NCBI RefSeq assembly: GCF_008000775.2
Contig: NZ_CP042905.2
Span: forward strand, 2,610,001 to 2,642,000
DNA length: 32,000 nt
Source of the DNA: Promethearchaeum syntrophicum
GTDB taxonomy: Archaea > Asgardarchaeota > Lokiarchaeia > Sigyniarchaeales > Promethearchaeaceae
Direction: 5' to 3'
Part shown: in pieces, positions 18,610 through 28,074 of the stretch
Numbering within the stretch: the stretch's first letter is position 1
Layout of the letters: each line of letters starts with the position of its first letter
The notes under the pieces: model-generated
What the model was told of the DNA's origin: nothing
The model's database searches: none
The model's input: the letters and a program-made list of their open reading frames with translations, nothing else
Position numbers and translations under genes: made by a program

Positions 18610-19728
18610 ATGAATAATGATTTTGAATCCAAACAAGAAATAAATAACATTTTTCTTTTAGATTTAGGTAGTTCTTTAACAAAAATAGGATTTTCATCTA
18701 ATATATATCCTAGTATAATATGTGATAGTTCTTATGGAATACCACGAATTCATGATGCAGGAAATAATTTAGAAAAAACTCAAAAAATTTATTGTGAAGA
18801 TTTAAATAATTCCACAATTTCGATAAAAAGGATAAATCTATTTACTTATTCTCAACCCAATAATTTAGAATCCATTTTTGAATTCGTTGAGCATCTATTT
18901 AATAAAATGTCCTTACCAACTAAAAACGAAGGATTAATCATTGCTTATTCAAATGAATGGTCGAATTTTTTTCTTTATCAATTACAAGCGTTTTTATTTC
19001 AGCGATTCAATTTTTCATCTATTTTACCAATTAAAACTGATTTCTTATCCCTAATCTCGCATAAAGTAAAAACCGGAGTTGTTCTTGATATTGGTCATTC
19101 TTATTCAAGAGTTATTCAATTTGATAAAGGAAAACCTCTAACAACTGCTGGATTTAAAACAAATGTTGCAGGAAAATTAATTCAAGATTATTTAATAAAA
19201 TTATATAATAATTCACATCCCTATTTACAATCACCGATTTTTGAGCCTCTAATTTCCAGTATTATTAGAGAAAAATGTTTACTTACCTTTGATATCGATA
19301 AATTACTTTCAGATCAATATTTAGATGAGATAATCTCTGAAGAAATTGAAATATCTCAGTTTAAAGAAATATTGATGTTAGGAATTGAGAAATATCTTGC
19401 CCCTGAGGTATTATTTCATCCAAAACTTGCTAATTCAAAAAATTTATCAGTTGATTCCTTAATAATTCAAAGTTTAAAAGAGTGTCATCTATCTTTACGC
19501 AGTAAAGTTTATTCAAATATTATTCTAGCTGGAGGAGGATGTGCATTTAAAAATTTTAAAGAACGACTACTTTCAATATTCTCAAAAATTCCGATGTTAG
19601 CCAATTCAAATATTTTAATTCACTTTGATCCGAGTTTAACTGTCTGGAAAGGAATGTTAGTAGCCGCTAATTCAAATTACTATGGGAAAAATGCTCAGAC
19701 ACAAAATCAATTCTTCGCTAAATTATAA
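18610..19728 (+). CDS. Divergent actin-related protein (actin/ARP superfamily); start revised from TTG 18580 to ATG 18610
   Basis: Phosphate-1 LLDLGSSLTKIGFSS, phosphate-2 GVVLDIGHSYSRVIQF, adenosine motif CHLSLRSKVYSNIILAGGGCAFKNFKERL, and VWKGMLVAANS (cf. actin [29 protein letters not shown] ... VWIGGSILASLS). SD-like AAGGGTGA upstream of the ATG. Confidence 0.85.
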   Translation: MNNDFESKQEINNIFLLDLGSSLTKIGFSSNIYPSIICDSSYGIPRIHDAGNNLEKTQKIYCEDLNNSTISIKRINLFTYSQPNNLESIFEFVEHLFNKMSLPTKNEGLIIAYSNEWSNFFLYQLQAFLFQRFNFSSILPIKTDFLSLISHKVKTGVVLDIGHSYSRVIQFDKGKPLTTAGFKTNVAGKLIQDYLIKLYNNSHPYLQSPIFEPLISSIIREKCLLTFDIDKLLSDQYLDEIISEEIEISQFKEILMLGIEKYLAPEVLFHPKLANSKNLSVDSLIIQSLKECHLSLRSKVYSNIILAGGGCAFKNFKERLLSIFSKIPMLANSNILIHFDPSLTVWKGMLVAANSNYYGKNAQTQNQFFAKL

Positions 19729-20279
19729 ATTATTATTCCTTGCTAAAAATATGATTTAATTAATTCATCTAAATCTTCTAAGACACTATTTTCTCTTTTC
19801 TTTTGTGTTTTTTTAAGCAATTTTTTTGATTTACGTGTATTTGAATTAATTTTTTGTTTTTTAGGCAATTGGGTCTTTAAAATTAGTCTACATTCTCCAA
19901 TTCAAATGGAACTTCTTCTGGTTTTCATTTTAGTTTTAAACTCTTATTAAAATTTCATTAATTTCACTCTTTCGGTCCAATATTTGTTTTTCAATCATGT
20001 TTAGAGCAATTTTAAGAAGAGCAACTTGAGAACTATATATGTTATGTGCATTATGACTTGAATAAAATTTAAGATTTGATTCAAAAAGATGTTTTTTTCG
20101 ATTTAATTTGTGAGTTATTTGAGAATATTTGCAAAAGAACGAAAAATACACTTTATTGGGTATATGTAGAATTTTTTTCATCATTCATACTTCATCACTT
20201 AATTGCTATATATATAATTATCTTCTGATTAAGAAGGAGAAAAAAAAAGGGAAATGTGAAAAAAATGGGGTTATAATAA

Positions 20280-21419
20280 TCATACAGCAAATGAGAATAA
20301 AATACCTATAATGGTAAAGTAAACAATCGCGATTTCTGTAGGTACATACTTCTTCTTCTTATAAAATAGCATATTTACAATAGAAGTAACCAGAATTATC
20401 ACACCAGTGAGTATCCACATACCCGTTGTTGATAAATCAATTAAAGCATGTGGAATTTGATATAGAACTTCTGCCATGAAATATGTAAAGAAGGGTTGTC
20501 TTCCAAATGCCAGTAAATAACCAAGATTCCATTTCATTTTTTTATCAAAAAACACAAATAAAAGTAAGGATAAAATTATTACTCCAAGAGATATCAAACC
20601 AAAACTAAAAGTTGAAATTCTTTTACTAGGTTCCCAACCAGGTATTAAACCAAGTAATAAGCCCACAACCAAATTAATTGCACCCAAAATGGCCATATTT
20701 GTATATTTTTTTTTTGGAGAATGTTCTGTATTAAAAATATAATCCCCAAGAGAAGCAGCAACAACTACAACACCAGAAAGTGTAAAAAATGTACCGAAAA
20801 TCCCACCATGCCACGTTAGACTTGCATAATATCCTATCGGGGTAAAGATTAAAAGAATTTGGTATAATAACATCCAGATATAAGCCGCAATTAATCGAAA
20901 TTTCGGGTCCTTAATACATATAAACGGTAGGGCAACCAATGTTGCTAATCCTAAGGAATGAAGAACATCCCATCTGGGAATTATAAAACCTGCTTCAATT
21001 TTATATTCAAATAACACACCAAAATCAAAGGAAAATTCCACCAACATCAATAGATAACCTAAAAGTAACAATAAAACACCCTTTAATACTACCCTAAGGA
21101 TTGCATTTGATGTATTTTTTTGATCTTTCCGTTTAGTGAAGGACAACACAAAAGATAATCCCAAAATAAACATAAATGCTGGAGTTCCAATATCAAAAAG
21201 GGTCATATAAGTTGCAGTTTCATCAGGATGTTGAGTTAAAAAGAATAGAAATGATCCTTCGGAAACAAAATCTTCCCATGGTTCTACCAATGTTATACAA
21301 AGAAGTAGCATAATTAAACCACGAGCTTGATCAATCCAACGCAATCTTCGACTATCTTCCTTTATTGGTAATGTAAAGGAGATTTTTTTTTTTGGTCTCA
21401 ATTCTTCTTCAACTGTCAT
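20280..21419 (-). CDS. Multi-pass membrane protein, heparan-N-acetyltransferase/DUF1624/acyltransferase-like
   Basis: RRLRWIDQARGLIMLLLCITL ... FDIGTPAFMFILGLSFVLSF with many hydrophobic helices, as in YeiB/HGSNAT-type families. Confidence 0.6.
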   Translation of the reverse strand: MTVEEELRPKKKISFTLPIKEDSRRLRWIDQARGLIMLLLCITLVEPWEDFVSEGSFLFFLTQHPDETATYMTLFDIGTPAFMFILGLSFVLSFTKRKDQKNTSNAILRVVLKGVLLLLLGYLLMLVEFSFDFGVLFEYKIEAGFIIPRWDVLHSLGLATLVALPFICIKDPKFRLIAAYIWMLLYQILLIFTPIGYYASLTWHGGIFGTFFTLSGVVVVAASLGDYIFNTEHSPKKKYTNMAILGAINLVVGLLLGLIPGWEPSKRISTFSFGLISLGVIILSLLLFVFFDKKMKWNLGYLLAFGRQPFFTYFMAEVLYQIPHALIDLSTTGMWILTGVIILVTSIVNMLFYKKKKYVPTEIAIVYFTIIGILFSFAV

Positions 21420-21870
21420 AAACGCACACCTAATTTATCATATTAGATTTATGTTATATATAATTTGATCGCTTTCTAATCAACGAAAAAAATTAATATT
21501 TTCAATCAATTGGAATTTCGTTGATATCAAAAAGTGATAATTTTTTCTATTTTTCGCATTTTTTTTATTTAATAAATCAGGTATGATGCAGATAGCATAA
21601 AGAAGGTAGAATATCGAGACAAGATCTACGAATTCTGCTATAATAAATAAAGAAAAGCATAATTGGAAGATAGTACATTTTTCAAAAAATAATAAAGCAT
21701 ATCCCCGAGGGATTACCTTTTTTTAAATAGAGAACGACATATTCCAGAGATATTACCGACAAAAAGTACTATTTTGATGTTATTTAGATCATGCTGACCT
21801 TTAGAAATTGCCAAATTTTTTTTTTGATCCCTCTTTATAATAATTATACAATAATATTCGTTAAGATATT

Positions 21871-22092
21871 ATGGAAGTTGATAAAAAAATGGCTAAATGT
21901 CCTGAATGTGGTGGGGAAATGATTGGAAAAATGAAACGAAAGATTTGTGAGACTTGCGGGCTCGCTTTAACCCCCACAGAATATGATCGTGAATGGAGAA
22001 GAATTCATTCAAGCAAGTATACAAAAGATGAAGATCCCGAATCGAAACGTAAAAGAGAGTACTTAGATTGGTATGAATCTAGCAAAAATTAA
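21871..22092 (+). CDS. Small zinc-ribbon protein
   Basis: CPECGGEMIGKMKRKICETCGLAL (CxxC...CxxC) in 73 aa. Confidence 0.7.
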   Translation: MEVDKKMAKCPECGGEMIGKMKRKICETCGLALTPTEYDREWRRIHSSKYTKDEDPESKRKREYLDWYESSKN

Positions 22093-22241
22093 ATGATTTC
22101 AGATAATCGGAGGTTTTCCGACCCGCTAAGAACCAATTTTTTTTCTATCTTAATAATTACATATATTATGAATTATCTTTAAATATTGTATTAGTAATAT
22201 TTAGGTATAAGCCCGTTTCTTTATATTATAGGTGTAAAATA

Positions 22242-23435
22242 ATGGATGAGGATATATTTGAAAAAATACTAAGAACTGAATCAGTTTTCAAAGATCAAGC
22301 CACTTTGGGACAAGCTTGGGTACCGAAGAAAAATCAAAAACTTCTCGCTCGAGATTCAGAAATTAAGAAACTCACAGCAATTCATCGTCCAATTATCGAT
22401 ACTGAAGGTTCCTATTCTGTTAATACTCTTGTTTTAGGAATTGGTGGAATAGGAAAGACATTAACTGTTCGTTTTTTTGGGAGAAGATTTCGCGAAGCAG
22501 TTCTCAAACGGGATATTAAACTTACGATTGAATACTACGATTGTTTACAACATCGGACTAAAAGTTCAATATTGAGAAATATTTCTGAAAGATTACATTA
22601 TAGCGCAGGTCATGGGTATTCCGATAATGAGATAATGGAACAAATTTTGAAAGAACTGAGAAAACGTGAAGAATCTCTTTTAATTATTTTAGATGAAGTT
22701 CATAATTTGTCTTCAGATGATATTCTTGCTTTATTTAATGCATCAATTGGTTTTGGAGAAGCCAATACTCGATTTTGTATCATCGCGATTTCAAGACCTA
22801 CAGACTGGTACAAAGTAGACAATGAAAAAATTTCAAGCAGAACTCAAGATATTCTTAGAATGGAACAATATTCTAAAGATGAAGCTATGGAGATTATGAA
22901 ATATAGAAGGAATTTGGCTTTTCGTGAAGGAGTTTTGGAAGATGATAACTTAGAATTAATTACCGATATAGTTACAGAAAATAAAAATATGAGAATTGGA
23001 ATAGATATGATGAGAGCTTGTGGGATTCGGGCAGACGAACATGGGTTATCATCAATTAATAGTGAGATGATTTTAGAATCTCGAAATTTGATAAATCCAA
23101 CCTTTCGCGCAGATGTAATTGATAATTTACGCCTTCATGAACAAGTTGCACTATGGTCTGTAGCAAAATCATTGCTTAATAGTGGAGAACCTTATACTAA
23201 AGTTGAAGAAACATACGAAATCTATCAAATGTTATGTGAGGATCTAAAAATTAAACCACACGTGAGTATGAGTTTTAGAAAATACATTCGCAATCTAGCA
23301 GATGTAAAAGCGATTCATAAAGATTATTTAAATCCAACGATAGAAAAAAAAGGACGCCAATTAGAAATTAAATTGACTGATATTAGTGCAGATAAGTTAT
23401 GTGAATATTTTGAAAAGAATATTCCTCATGAATAA
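22242..23435 (+). CDS. Orc1/Cdc6-like AAA+ ATPase
   Basis: LARDSEIKKL, Walker A GIGGIGKTLT, Walker B LLIILDEVHNL, sensor-1-like CIIAISRP, C-terminal winged-helix-like HEQVALWSVAKSLL...YEIYQMLCEDLKIKPHVSMSFRKYIRNLADVKAI. Confidence 0.75.
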   Translation: MDEDIFEKILRTESVFKDQATLGQAWVPKKNQKLLARDSEIKKLTAIHRPIIDTEGSYSVNTLVLGIGGIGKTLTVRFFGRRFREAVLKRDIKLTIEYYDCLQHRTKSSILRNISERLHYSAGHGYSDNEIMEQILKELRKREESLLIILDEVHNLSSDDILALFNASIGFGEANTRFCIIAISRPTDWYKVDNEKISSRTQDILRMEQYSKDEAMEIMKYRRNLAFREGVLEDDNLELITDIVTENKNMRIGIDMMRACGIRADEHGLSSINSEMILESRNLINPTFRADVIDNLRLHEQVALWSVAKSLLNSGEPYTKVEETYEIYQMLCEDLKIKPHVSMSFRKYIRNLADVKAIHKDYLNPTIEKKGRQLEIKLTDISADKLCEYFEKNIPHE

Positions 23436-23455
23436 GTCAAAATAAAGAATGATTT

Positions 23456-24451
23456 TTATCGATCTTTTTTTCCTGTTAAAGGATTAGTATCGGGATCAGC
23501 AAAATAATCAAAATCATAATGGATTTGATTAATACGAATAAGTTCGGTTAGCATCTGGATCACTGCTTGCATATTAGGACGATCTGCGGGTTCAAATTGC
23601 GTTAATCGCTCAACAATTTCATTATAACTTTCTGGTAAGTACCAATTGATTTCTTTAGGATGTAGAACCCAAGAGTCCTTATCTAAGAGTTCTGAATCTT
23701 CTCGCATGATCCCGCCTGTAAAAACAAAGTACATCAAATGGGCAAGATAATAAATATCAGAAGCTGCTACAGGTATGTACCCAAAACGTACCTCGGGAGG
23801 AGCCCCCTTTTGAGTGATTGGGATATCTCGTAGCATTTCATCAGACATAAAAGGTTTAGGAGTATATTGAATCCAATCAGGCCCAACATGCTTAGAAATG
23901 CCCCAATCAATTAGGACTGGAATGAATTCTCCATGTTCTTTTCCCTTTTGAATGATTATATTTTCTACAGAAACATCCCTATGGACAATATTTTCTTTGG
24001 TGTGGCAATAATCTAATAATTTTGCAATAGGGATGAAAATTTCTCTAACCATACTCGCAAGGTCGAGATGCTTCATTCCTCGGCTTTTTTGAATAAACTC
24101 CAAATAAAAATCTAAAAAAGTCATACCTTCAATGTAATTCAGAACAATATAATACTCTGGAGTTTGATATTTAATTTTTTTTTCATAATGTAAAACTTTC
24201 ACACAATTATAACCAGACCGAGCCTGAGCTTGAGTATTTAAAATCTCATTTTCCCAATACTCCTCACAATCATTACTCCTTGTATATTTATCATAAAATT
24301 GTTTATAAAGAAAATCTTTTATTGCAACTTTTTTCTTAGTTTCACGCTCAATTGCCAAATAAACAGTTGATAGTCCTCCTTTACCTAAAACTTTTTGAAC
24401 ATCAAAAATAATTTTGTCAATTTCTATAGGCTTTCCAACCGTTATTGGCAT
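23456..24451 (-). CDS. Eukaryotic-type Ser/Thr protein kinase
   Basis: GKGGLSTVY Gly loop, VAIK, HRDVSVENI catalytic loop, DWG in place of DFG, APPE. Confidence 0.92.
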   Translation of the reverse strand: MPITVGKPIEIDKIIFDVQKVLGKGGLSTVYLAIERETKKKVAIKDFLYKQFYDKYTRSNDCEEYWENEILNTQAQARSGYNCVKVLHYEKKIKYQTPEYYIVLNYIEGMTFLDFYLEFIQKSRGMKHLDLASMVREIFIPIAKLLDYCHTKENIVHRDVSVENIIIQKGKEHGEFIPVLIDWGISKHVGPDWIQYTPKPFMSDEMLRDIPITQKGAPPEVRFGYIPVAASDIYYLAHLMYFVFTGGIMREDSELLDKDSWVLHPKEINWYLPESYNEIVERLTQFEPADRPNMQAVIQMLTELIRINQIHYDFDYFADPDTNPLTGKKDR

Positions 24452-24488
24452 ATAGTTCTACTCCTTAATATAAAAAGACAAATTATAC

Positions 24489-25214
24489 TTAATTATAATC
24501 CCATTCCCCTCTACAATTCTTGCAATAGTATTTTTTTGCGTATTTTTTAATTGGTGCATAGGAAATAATCTTATTTTTATTCTGTTGCTCTTGGAAGTGT
24601 TGTTCTCCACAATGAGGACATTTAAGAACTCCATCTTCAGGATATGGGATAGATTTTATTGTTCCGTGTTCAACTTTATCGGGAATTTTCTTTTGTGAAA
24701 TTTTTTCAACTGGTCTTTTTTCCAATATGTCCGATGGCTTTCTTGGAATGATTTTTTCTGGCTCAGAAACAAAAGATTTTCTAGGACGATCTGGAAATTT
24801 CTCCTTTTTTTCCAATTCGGCTTTGGGAGTACCAGAATAATCCTTTCCTAATTTTCCCAGAATAATCTCAATTTTAGATTCTATTGATGCATTCTGTTGA
24901 CCAAGATTAAACATTCCTTTTTTCAATTGTTCCATTAGTTTTTCAGGGCTTAATGGTTTTTTCGTTAATTCTTCAATTTTGTTTTTTAATGACTCATTTT
25001 CTTCTAATGATTTTTTATATCTCTCTTTTTGCTCTCTCAATTCATCAGATAAATCAGGGTATGTAGGAATTTTTGGTTCTTTTTCTAATTTTTCAATCTT
25101 CTCTTTGAGTACGGTAATTTCCGACATAAATTTTTTAACTTGATCTCGAAGTGCGTCTTTTACTTGGGTGAGCTGGGCTAGTTCGGTTTCTTTAATTTTT
25201 ATTAAATCTTCCAT
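24489..25214 (-). CDS. Coiled-coil protein with C-terminal zinc ribbon
   Basis: Long heptad-rich N-terminus, then CPHCG...YYCKNCRGEW. Lies 37 nt upstream of the kinase on the same strand. Confidence 0.7.
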   Translation of the reverse strand: MEDLIKIKETELAQLTQVKDALRDQVKKFMSEITVLKEKIEKLEKEPKIPTYPDLSDELREQKERYKKSLEENESLKNKIEELTKKPLSPEKLMEQLKKGMFNLGQQNASIESKIEIILGKLGKDYSGTPKAELEKKEKFPDRPRKSFVSEPEKIIPRKPSDILEKRPVEKISQKKIPDKVEHGTIKSIPYPEDGVLKCPHCGEQHFQEQQNKNKIISYAPIKKYAKKYYCKNCRGEWDYN

Positions 25215-25300
25215 ATATAATTGACTCCCTATAAAATTTTATATATAATACTTAAATTTGGGACTGAATAAGTTATATATTTTTGCAGATTAAATAAAAA

Positions 25301-27994
25301 TTATAATATTTGACTTAGTAAATCGCTTAGATCGTTAATTGAAAATGGTTTAGGTAAGACTCCATTAAAACCATATTTTTTATAATCAGCCATTATTGGA
25401 TCATTTGAGTAGCCAGAAGAAACAATTACTTTAACACTACTATCAAAATTTCTTAGATTTTTTATAGTTTCTTTTCCGCCGAGACCCCCAGCTATTGTTA
25501 AATCCATAATAACACAACTAACTTCTTTTTGAGAATCTTTCAAGTTCCGATACACTTTTAGAAATTCTTTACCCTCACTTGTAATAATTACGTTATATCC
25601 TAAACGATTCAATAATTTCAAGAAAAGGGTTTGAATAAAATTTTCATCATCCATTACAATAATTGTTTTGCCTTTTCCCTCTAAAAGGGGTTTTTCTTTC
25701 ATTTCGGTATTTTCTTTTGTTTTTGTTGAAGATGCTGGCAATAATATATAAAATATAGAACCTTGTCCACTCACAGAGTCAACGGTAATTTTTCCACCAT
25801 GATTTTTCATTATCGAATAGCAAACTGAAAGTCCAAGACCAGATCCCTTTTGTTTAGTTGTAAAATAAGGATCAAAGATTTTAGTTAAATATTCATCTGG
25901 AATACCAATACCTTGATCCATAATCGAAATTTGTACAAAATATTTACCAGAAAGAGATGGTTCATCTATAGATTCTTCAATAACAACATTTTTTGCCTCA
26001 ACTATCACATTCCCCCCATTCGGCATCGACTGATCTGCATTTATTACGATATTATTAATAACTTGACTTATTTGTCCTTCATCGATATCAACATTCCAAA
26101 GATCTGGGGCAATTCGAATGAAACTTTTAGATTTAGAGCCTCGAAGAGCGAAATGAATGGTTTCTCCAATCAAAGATTTGATTGAAATAATTTTTTTTAT
26201 CGGAGTTCCACCTTTTGAGAAAGTTAACAGTTGTTTTGTTAGCTTATTTGCGCGGTATGTAGCATTAATGGTTTGATCGATAATGTTAGAGAGATTAGAT
26301 GTTTTATCTTTAACTTCTATTTGTGCAATGGATAAATTTCCGAGGATGGCAGTTAAGATATTATTAAAATCGTGGGCAATTCCACCTGCTAAGATACTAA
26401 TAGATTCCATTTTTTGAGTTTTTAAAATTTCTCTTTCTAATTTCTTCTTTTCATCATTATCTCGAATAACTATAACTGATCCAATAGTTTTTTCAGATTT
26501 ATCTAAGATTGGACTTCCTTTAATAGCAATTTCCTTCTTTTTATCATATTTATTCGTTAATATTAGGTTATCTGAAAGTTCAAATTTTGGTAATTTATTG
26601 AACTCAAACCTCTCATTAGATATTGTATCAGTAATATTCAAAATTTCATTAATATCCCGAGTTAATGTTTCATTCTGGTTATATCCGGTTAATTCTTCCG
26701 CTACTTTGTTATATATTACTATTTTACCATCAATATCTGTGGTTATAACTCCATCCCCAATACTTGCAAGGGTTACTGATAGTCGTTCTTTTTCTTCTTC
26801 TAATTGTTTTTCTGCATCTTTTCGTTCTGCAATATCTTTTGTATGTAATAAAATTGAATTCGGAGGGACATAAGCAAAATGCGCTTCGAGGATTGAGGTT
26901 TTTCCAGTTGAAAGAAATGTAAAGGTAAATTCTGAACTATGACTTGTCTTTTCTTTAAAAGTTTTTATCATTACTTCAAAAATATTATTATATCCTCTTT
27001 CAGTAAAAAATTGACTTGCTTTCATACCGATTAATTTTTTTAATTTCCCTTCAGTATATCGATCAGCAGCTTCATTTATTCTTACAAGTTTAAAATCTTC
27101 CCCAATATAATCCCAGGCGTATGTTGGGAGAGGATAACTATTAAAAAGCTGTTTATACATCTCATTTTTTTCTACGGTAACCCTTTCAATTAATTTTCGT
27201 TCAGTAATATCCCGAACTATCGCTTGTAAAAATTTTTTGCCTTTTAATTCTATAAGGTTCAATGTTACCTCTGCAAAAAAGGGAGTTCCATCTAAAGTTG
27301 AATGAAGCCATTCAAAAAATTGCGGTTCTCCTGAGAACGCTTTTGTAATATAGATTAAAGCTTTTTCTTTTGAATCAATTCCATCAGGTTGAAATTCTGG
27401 AGAAAATTTATATGGAGGATGGTTTATTATTTCATCTCTTTTACAGTTGAATAAATCGAGGGTCTTTTGATTACAATCAATGAAAATATCGTTATCCATT
27501 AAAAATATTGCATCATTAGCAGTTTCAAATAGAGTATGGTATTTTCTCTCCATATCCCGTATTTGTGTTATCTCAGTGATTATTGCCATGCTTCCAATTA
27601 AATTTCCTTTAGAATCATATAAACCACTTGCAGAAATGATGACATATGCTATTCTATCATCTTTGGTCTTAAACGCGATCTCATATTTACTAACGTCTTT
27701 GCCACTTTCTCGTTCATAAGTTTCTTTTCTAAATAGGTCCTTAAATTCTTCAGAGATGAAATCAATTACTTTGAATCCAATTAATTCATTTCTAGAATAT
27801 TTAAGAAGTTCACTGAATCTATCATTAATATATATAAGCTTATCTTCTTTATCACTAATTGCAATCGATTCATTAACAAATTCAAAGATATCTTTAAATT
27901 TTAACTCAAATTCTCTTAAAATATATTGTTCATTAATTTCTTTGTTAATAAAAGGAGTTCTTTTCTTTCCCTTTTTTTTCCGATCTCGATCCAA
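25301..27994 (-). CDS. Cytosolic hybrid histidine kinase (about 4 PAS, HisKA, HATPase, receiver)
   Basis: Repeated PAS/PAC cores, H-box [27 protein letters not shown]-box, receiver [13 protein letters not shown]...LPKPF. No obvious TM. Confidence 0.92.
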   Translation of the reverse strand: MDRDRKKKGKKRTPFINKEINEQYILREFELKFKDIFEFVNESIAISDKEDKLIYINDRFSELLKYSRNELIGFKVIDFISEEFKDLFRKETYERESGKDVSKYEIAFKTKDDRIAYVIISASGLYDSKGNLIGSMAIITEITQIRDMERKYHTLFETANDAIFLMDNDIFIDCNQKTLDLFNCKRDEIINHPPYKFSPEFQPDGIDSKEKALIYITKAFSGEPQFFEWLHSTLDGTPFFAEVTLNLIELKGKKFLQAIVRDITERKLIERVTVEKNEMYKQLFNSYPLPTYAWDYIGEDFKLVRINEAADRYTEGKLKKLIGMKASQFFTERGYNNIFEVMIKTFKEKTSHSSEFTFTFLSTGKTSILEAHFAYVPPNSILLHTKDIAERKDAEKQLEEEKERLSVTLASIGDGVITTDIDGKIVIYNKVAEELTGYNQNETLTRDINEILNITDTISNERFEFNKLPKFELSDNLILTNKYDKKKEIAIKGSPILDKSEKTIGSVIVIRDNDEKKKLEREILKTQKMESISILAGGIAHDFNNILTAILGNLSIAQIEVKDKTSNLSNIIDQTINATYRANKLTKQLLTFSKGGTPIKKIISIKSLIGETIHFALRGSKSKSFIRIAPDLWNVDIDEGQISQVINNIVINADQSMPNGGNVIVEAKNVVIEESIDEPSLSGKYFVQISIMDQGIGIPDEYLTKIFDPYFTTKQKGSGLGLSVCYSIMKNHGGKITVDSVSGQGSIFYILLPASSTKTKENTEMKEKPLLEGKGKTIIVMDDENFIQTLFLKLLNRLGYNVIITSEGKEFLKVYRNLKDSQKEVSCVIMDLTIAGGLGGKETIKNLRNFDSSVKVIVSSGYSNDPIMADYKKYGFNGVLPKPFSINDLSDLLSQIL

Positions 27995-28074
27995 TTAGAG
28001 TTACCCCAATAAACTTAGATTAATGTGAAAACCTAAATTTTTATTTTATTTATAATGATGTTTTAATATTAATT

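Noticed and set aside
19936-20184. 82-aa minus-strand ORF, and a lysine-rich unlisted frame around 19750-19870(-)
   Set aside because: No recognisable motif or clear SD. The lysine-rich frame ending ...VLEDLDELIKSYF* lacks a convincing start codon.
22100-22125. Short hairpin TCGGA-ggttt-TCCGA upstream of the Orc1/Cdc6-like gene as an origin recognition box
   Set aside because: Five-bp stem only, not repeated nearby, and no match to a known ORB I can support. Insufficient for an origin call.
25913-27998. Plus-strand ORFs 25913, 26598, 27480 and 27756
   Set aside because: All antisense to the clearly assigned hybrid histidine kinase.
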